Shown here piece after piece: positions 59,583-64,000 of a DNA stretch of 64,000 nucleotides. Origin of the DNA: Flavobacterium sp. (GTDB lineage Bacteria; Bacteroidota; Bacteroidia; Flavobacteriales; Flavobacteriaceae); NCBI RefSeq assembly GCF_027484705.1, contig NZ_JAIXSL010000020.1, forward strand, positions 18,172 through 82,171. Direction: 5' to 3'. Both the position numbers and the translations under genes were made by a program. Each line of letters opens with the position of its first letter. Within the stretch, counting starts at the first letter, position 1. The notes under the pieces are model-generated. The model was not told the DNA's origin and searched no databases. It saw only the letters and a program-made list of their open reading frames with translations.

Positions 59583-61412
59583 TCAATTTTCAAAAGATTG
59601 CATCGTCACCAATTTTTTATAAGTTCCGTTCACGGCCATCAATTGCTCGTGGTTGCCTTGTTCTACAATGACGCCTTTTTGCATCACGACAATGACATCG
59701 GCTTTTTGAATGGTTGACAAACGGTGCGCAATCACAATCGATGTTCTGTTTTGCATCATATTTTCCAAAGCCACTTGCACCAGTTTTTCACTTTCGGTAT
59801 CGAGCGCAGAAGTTGCTTCGTCGAGAATCATGATCGGAGGATTTTTCAACACCGCACGCGCAATGCTCAAACGTTGTTTCTGCCCGCCTGAGAGTTTGTT
59901 GCCGCTGTCGCCGATATTGGTGTAAATACCGTTCGGCAAATCTTTGACGAATTCGTAAGCGTTCGCAATTTTGAGTGCTTCCATGATTTCTTCGTCAGTC
60001 GCGTCGAGTTTTCCCAAAGCGATATTGGCTTTGATCGTGTCGTTGAAAAGGATGCTGTCCTGTGTGACCAATCCCATCAATGCACGCAACGAATGTAAAT
60101 TCATGTCTTTGATATCGGTACCATCAATCGAAATACTTCCTGCATTTACATCGTAAAAACGCGTGAGCAGATTCGCAATCGTACTTTTTCCGCTACCCGA
60201 TTGGCCGACCAAAGCGACGGTTTGTCCTTTTTTGATGTCGAGCGAAAAATCTTTTAAAACGAGTTCTTCTTCATATTTGAACTGTACGTTTTTAAGTTCA
60301 ATTTTTTCATTGAAATGCTCTTGATGAACCGCGCCGGGTTTGCTAGTAATCGGATTGTGCTGTTCAAGGATTTCGAGTACGCGTTCGGCTGCAGCATTTC
60401 CGCGCTTGACATTATAAGAAGCCTTCGAAATTGATTTTGCGGGCGTCAGGATATTGTAAGCCAATCCCATATAAGTGATGAAAGCTGCGCCTTTGAGCGT
60501 ATGTTCGATCAAAACCATGTGACCGCCATACCAGAGCAAAATCGCAATGACCATGATGCCTAAAAATTCGCTCATCGGAGAAGCGAGGTTTTGTCGGTTA
60601 CCAATACTATTGGACAATCTGAAAAAACGGGAGGTCGAATCCTGGAATACTTTATTGAAATACCCTTCAGCGTTGTAGCCTTTCACGACCTTCAATCCGC
60701 CTAGCGTTTCTTCAATCGTCGAAAGAAAAACGCCTTGTTCTTGTTGGGCGCGTGTCGATTTTTTCTTTAACTGTTTTCCAATCAGTGAAATGATGTAACC
60801 CGAAACCGGAATGAAAACAAACACGAAAACCGTCAGTTTCACACTGATCGAAAACATCGCAATAATCGTAAAAATAATCGTCAGCGGTTCTTTGACAATG
60901 AGTTCCAGAATCGATAACATCGAAGTCTGCACTTCGCTGACATCGCCGGCAATCCTTGAAATGGTGTCGCCTTTGCGTTTTTCCGAGAAGAAAGCCAGTG
61001 GCAACTCAATGGTTTTTTTATACATCGCGTCGCGCATATCGCGCAGGATTCCGTTGCGCAGGAATGTGATGAAGAACATCGCCATATAATCGCAAAGGTT
61101 TTTGAGCATGAAGATCGTGATGATTCCCGCCACGAGTATCGACAAGGTCGTGCCGATGCCATATTGCTCGGTGGTCATCGTCAGATAATAATTCAACGAA
61201 TCGCCCAAATATTGCTTCAATCCGTAGATGCCATGGAATTGCGGCATCGTATAATTCTTATTCGCCTGTCCGAACAAAACATCCATCATCGGCATCAGCG
61301 CCAGAAACGAAAGCGTCCCGAAAAAAGCATACAATACGTTGAACAGGATGTTCAGGTAAGCATACTTCTTATAAGGCAGAATAAAAGGGATGATCTTCCG
61401 GAAATTGTTCAT
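59583..61412 (-). CDS. ABC exporter, fused TMD-NBD (MsbA-like)
   Basis: Six TM helices; Walker A GQSGSGKST, LSGGQKQR, ILDEATSALD, IAHRLST. Confidence 0.93.
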   Translation of the reverse strand: MNNFRKIIPFILPYKKYAYLNILFNVLYAFFGTLSFLALMPMMDVLFGQANKNYTMPQFHGIYGLKQYLGDSLNYYLTMTTEQYGIGTTLSILVAGIITIFMLKNLCDYMAMFFITFLRNGILRDMRDAMYKKTIELPLAFFSEKRKGDTISRIAGDVSEVQTSMLSILELIVKEPLTIIFTIIAMFSISVKLTVFVFVFIPVSGYIISLIGKQLKKKSTRAQQEQGVFLSTIEETLGGLKVVKGYNAEGYFNKVFQDSTSRFFRLSNSIGNRQNLASPMSEFLGIMVIAILLWYGGHMVLIEHTLKGAAFITYMGLAYNILTPAKSISKASYNVKRGNAAAERVLEILEQHNPITSKPGAVHQEHFNEKIELKNVQFKYEEELVLKDFSLDIKKGQTVALVGQSGSGKSTIANLLTRFYDVNAGSISIDGTDIKDMNLHSLRALMGLVTQDSILFNDTIKANIALGKLDATDEEIMEALKIANAYEFVKDLPNGIYTNIGDSGNKLSGGQKQRLSIARAVLKNPPIMILDEATSALDTESEKLVQVALENMMQNRTSIVIAHRLSTIQKADVIVVMQKGVIVEQGNHEQLMAVNGTYKKLVTMQSFEN

Positions 61413-63139
61413 TAAATGATGTTTAGGTCCGTTAGGATGTTCTTGATTTTTTCATCTAAAACAGCTTCGGTTGCAGATGCATTCACTACATTGTCCAACG
61501 GCGCATTCACGCTGACATAGAATTTGATCTTAGGTTCCGTACCACTTGGGCGCGCAGCGATTTTAGCGCCATCTTCGGTGTAATAAATCAATACATCTGA
61601 TTTCGGAACTTTTAAAGCTTCTTCTTCGCCAGTAAGTAAATTCTTCGCAATCGATTTTTTATAATCTTCAAGCATCACGACGCGTTGGCCATTGATTTCC
61701 TTCACAGGATTCTCGCGCATATCGACCATCATCTGATTGATTTCACGCAAACCGTCAATGCCTTTTTTGGTCAATGAAACCAAATATTCTTTGTAGAATC
61801 CGTGGTCTACATATAGATTCAGCAATTCTTTATAAACGGAACTTCCGGCAGCTTTAGCTTGAGAAGCGATTTCACACATCAACAATGTTGCGGCCACGGC
61901 ATCTTTGTCACGCACGGCGTCACCGACCATGAACCCAAAACTTTCTTCGCCACCGCCAATAAACTGAAGGTTCGGAAAATCTTTAATGAACTTCGCAATC
62001 CATTTGAAACCGGTGAGTCCGACTTTACATTCCACGCCATAAGCTTCCGCGAGTTCGAGCATCATCGGTGTCGACACAATTGTCGATCCTATAAATTGTT
62101 TTCCATCGATTTTGCCTTGGCGTTTCCATTGTTCCAACAAGAAAGCAGTCATCAGCACCATCGTCTGGTTTCCGTTGAGCAGGATCATTTTGCCTTCATT
62201 GTTTCTTACCGCGACGCCCAAACGGTCGCAATCGGGATCGGTTCCTACTACAATATCGGCATTGAGTTTATCGGCCAAAGCCAAAGCCATTGTCAACGCT
62301 TCCGGTTCTTCAGGGTTCGGAGACTTCACAGTTGGAAAATCACCATTAGGTTCGGCTTGTTCGGGAACGATGTTGACGTTCGTATAACCCGCTTTCGCTA
62401 AAGTCTGCGGAATCGCTTTAATGGATGTTCCGTGCAGCGAAGTAAACACGATATTCAGATTCGATTTCGCTTCGGCCGGTGTGTTAAAACTTGCATTCGC
62501 AATTGAAGAATTCACAAAAGCCTCATCAATCGCAGTATCTATATATTCGATCAAATCAGGATTCGACTGGAATTTAATTTCATCATAACGCAACGCCTCA
62601 ATCACTTTAATAATCTCGCCATCCTGCGGCGGAACCAATTGCCCACCATCTTCCCAATACACTTTATAACCGTTGTATTCGGGCGGATTGTGAGAAGCCG
62701 TCAACACGATTCCGGCCTGACAACCTAAATATTTGAGCGCGAAACTCAATTCCGGTGTCGGGCGCATGTCTGAAAACAAATAAACTTTAATGCCGTTCGC
62801 AGAAAATACATCAGCGACTACTTTCGCAAGCGTGTTGCTGTTGTGGCGGCAGTCGTAGGCAATCGCTACTTTGAGTTGTTTGTCAGGAAACACCTGCTGC
62901 ATGTAATTCGAAAGTCCTTGAGTGTTTTTTCCGAGCGTATATTTGTTGATGCGGTTCGTGCCGACACCCATGACGCCGCGCATACCCCCGGTTCCGAATT
63001 CTAAATTTTTATAAAAACTTTCCTCCAGATCTTTCGGAGAAGAAGTCATCATGTCTTTAATCGCGGCTTGTGTTTCGCTATCAAAAGTCGGTGTGAGCCA
63101 TTCGTTGGCGGTGTCGAGTATGTTTTGTGGGATATTCAT
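61412..63139 (-). CDS. pgm: Phosphoglucomutase/phosphomannomutase
   Basis: LEFGTGGMRG, TASHNP (phospho-Ser), DPDCDR, GGEES, RPSGTEPKIKFY. Confidence 0.93.
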   Translation of the reverse strand: MNIPQNILDTANEWLTPTFDSETQAAIKDMMTSSPKDLEESFYKNLEFGTGGMRGVMGVGTNRINKYTLGKNTQGLSNYMQQVFPDKQLKVAIAYDCRHNSNTLAKVVADVFSANGIKVYLFSDMRPTPELSFALKYLGCQAGIVLTASHNPPEYNGYKVYWEDGGQLVPPQDGEIIKVIEALRYDEIKFQSNPDLIEYIDTAIDEAFVNSSIANASFNTPAEAKSNLNIVFTSLHGTSIKAIPQTLAKAGYTNVNIVPEQAEPNGDFPTVKSPNPEEPEALTMALALADKLNADIVVGTDPDCDRLGVAVRNNEGKMILLNGNQTMVLMTAFLLEQWKRQGKIDGKQFIGSTIVSTPMMLELAEAYGVECKVGLTGFKWIAKFIKDFPNLQFIGGGEESFGFMVGDAVRDKDAVAATLLMCEIASQAKAAGSSVYKELLNLYVDHGFYKEYLVSLTKKGIDGLREINQMMVDMRENPVKEINGQRVVMLEDYKKSIAKNLLTGEEEALKVPKSDVLIYYTEDGAKIAARPSGTEPKIKFYVSVNAPLDNVVNASATEAVLDEKIKNILTDLNII

Positions 63140-63158
63140 GCTATGCTTTTAATTTTAA

Positions 63159-63246
63159 TTTTTTAGGAGCCGGGAACCTGCTATACGTTACAATCTTTTA
63201 TGCCGAACACCGGCACAAAAGGATTTTCTCTACTATCAGGGCTAGG
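63159..63246 (-). repeat. Flavo-1-like structured repeat, copy 2
   Basis: Reverse complement CCTAGCCCTGAT...ATCCTTTTGTGCCG-GTGTT-CGGCATAAAAGAT...AGCAGGTTCCCGGCTCCTAAAAA aligns with 788-872. Confidence 0.75.
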
Positions 63247-63287
63247 GCTTTTTCCGTAATATTTGATTTTTTGTTTTTTTTGTTAAA

Positions 63288-63347
63288 CCTGCTATACCTG
63301 AAGCCCACTGGGCTTCCTCCTCTTAATGTCAAATTATCAGGGCTAGG
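63288..63347 (-). repeat. Variant copy 3 of the same repeat: same ends, different core
   Basis: Plus strand CCTGCTATAC...TATCAGGGCTAGG identical to the ends of copy 2; core replaced by hairpin GAAGCCCA-C-TGGGCTTC. Confidence 0.65.
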
Positions 63348-63368
63348 CTATTGTTTTACTATTGATGT

Positions 63369-63869
63369 TTATTTTTTATAGCCGATTTTAATTCTTTCAG
63401 CATTACTTTTTGTCGAATGGTCTTTATCGACCAAATAATTCAACGCTTTGTAAATATCGGGAAATTGGCTTTCTATTTCTTCAATTCTTGTTTTTAATTC
63501 GCTGTAACTTAATGTAAACTGCCGCATCGTCACAAAAGCCCTGATAATTGAAATGTTGATTGCAATGGCCTTCTCGCTATTTAATACACTTGAAAGCATA
63601 GCAATGCCTTGTCCGGTAAAAGCGAAAGGAAGGTATTTTGAATGTTGTCCGCGACCATTTTTTAAGGTTACAATTTGTGATCTTAAAGCATTTAACTCAA
63701 CCTCGGTAAGTTCGAACATAAAATCTTCAGGAAACCGATTGCTGTTTCTTCTTACGGCTTGTTTTAAAACTCTGGTTTCAACGCTATACAACAGGGCCAA
63801 ATCAAAATCAAGCATGACTTTGAAACCACGTATTTCAAATATTTTGTTTTGTATAACTTCTAATTCCAT
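63369..63869 (-). CDS. ORF6N (KilA-N-like) DNA-binding domain protein
   Basis: I..IRG.KVMLD.DLA.LY.VET..L.QAV.RN..RFPEDFMF.LT, PFAFT.QG.AMLSSVL.S..AI..NI.I.RAFV. Confidence 0.9.
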   Translation of the reverse strand: MELEVIQNKIFEIRGFKVMLDFDLALLYSVETRVLKQAVRRNSNRFPEDFMFELTEVELNALRSQIVTLKNGRGQHSKYLPFAFTGQGIAMLSSVLNSEKAIAINISIIRAFVTMRQFTLSYSELKTRIEEIESQFPDIYKALNYLVDKDHSTKSNAERIKIGYKK

Positions 63870-63904
63870 TGTTTTAAAAATTGAGGCCTCATGGATGAAC
63901 CCAA

Positions 63905-64000
63905 TTATTTTTTAAAATTCACTTCTTCTGAAATCTTATACCGTTCTTCATTGTTTTTCGTCCTCAAGATAATCTCGCCCAGAAATCCCGCTAAGAAAAA
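63905..64000 (-). CDS. 3' end of a probable GT2 glycosyltransferase with C-terminal TM (truncated by window)
   Basis: FFLAGFLGEIILRTKNNEERYKISEEVNFKK* resembles the C-terminus of ArnC/DPM-like GT2 enzymes. Confidence 0.6.
   Translation of the reverse strand, partial: FFLAGFLGEIILRTKNNEERYKISEEVNFKK

Overview
Core-genome window of a Flavobacterium-like Bacteroidota chromosome. The assignment rests on TAnnTTTG/-33 TTTG promoters, T9SS C-terminal domains, a zapA-6S-rny cluster and a dnaA with no adjacent dnaN. About 52 CDSs are supported, mostly housekeeping (gap, htrA, dapF, mltG, dnaA, ribD, prmC, hisS, hup, fmt, recQ, murA, aroQ, xerD, rny, zapA, MsbA-like ABC transporter, phosphosugar mutase). 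There is also one tRNA-Met(CAT), a probable 6S RNA and several short structured intergenic repeats. The main accessory block (17.9-33.1 kb, between hisS and tRNA-Met) is two tandem giant T9SS-secreted adhesin-like genes of 2764 and 2164 aa. Three features of this block are not explained by standard annotation. (i) Each CDS is bracketed, right at its start and stop codons, by complementary GGGGAAAAAAG/CTTTTTTCCCC elements. (ii) Both promoters carry the same 20-bp-period direct repeat at identical spacing, and a related repeat lies upstream of a PAS kinase/response regulator pair 16 kb away. (iii) The paralogs carry different lectin-like domains between near-identical 22-24 bp DNA blocks. No CRISPR array, IS element, prophage or clear pseudogene was seen. 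Family names come from motif recognition by eye; no database search was run.
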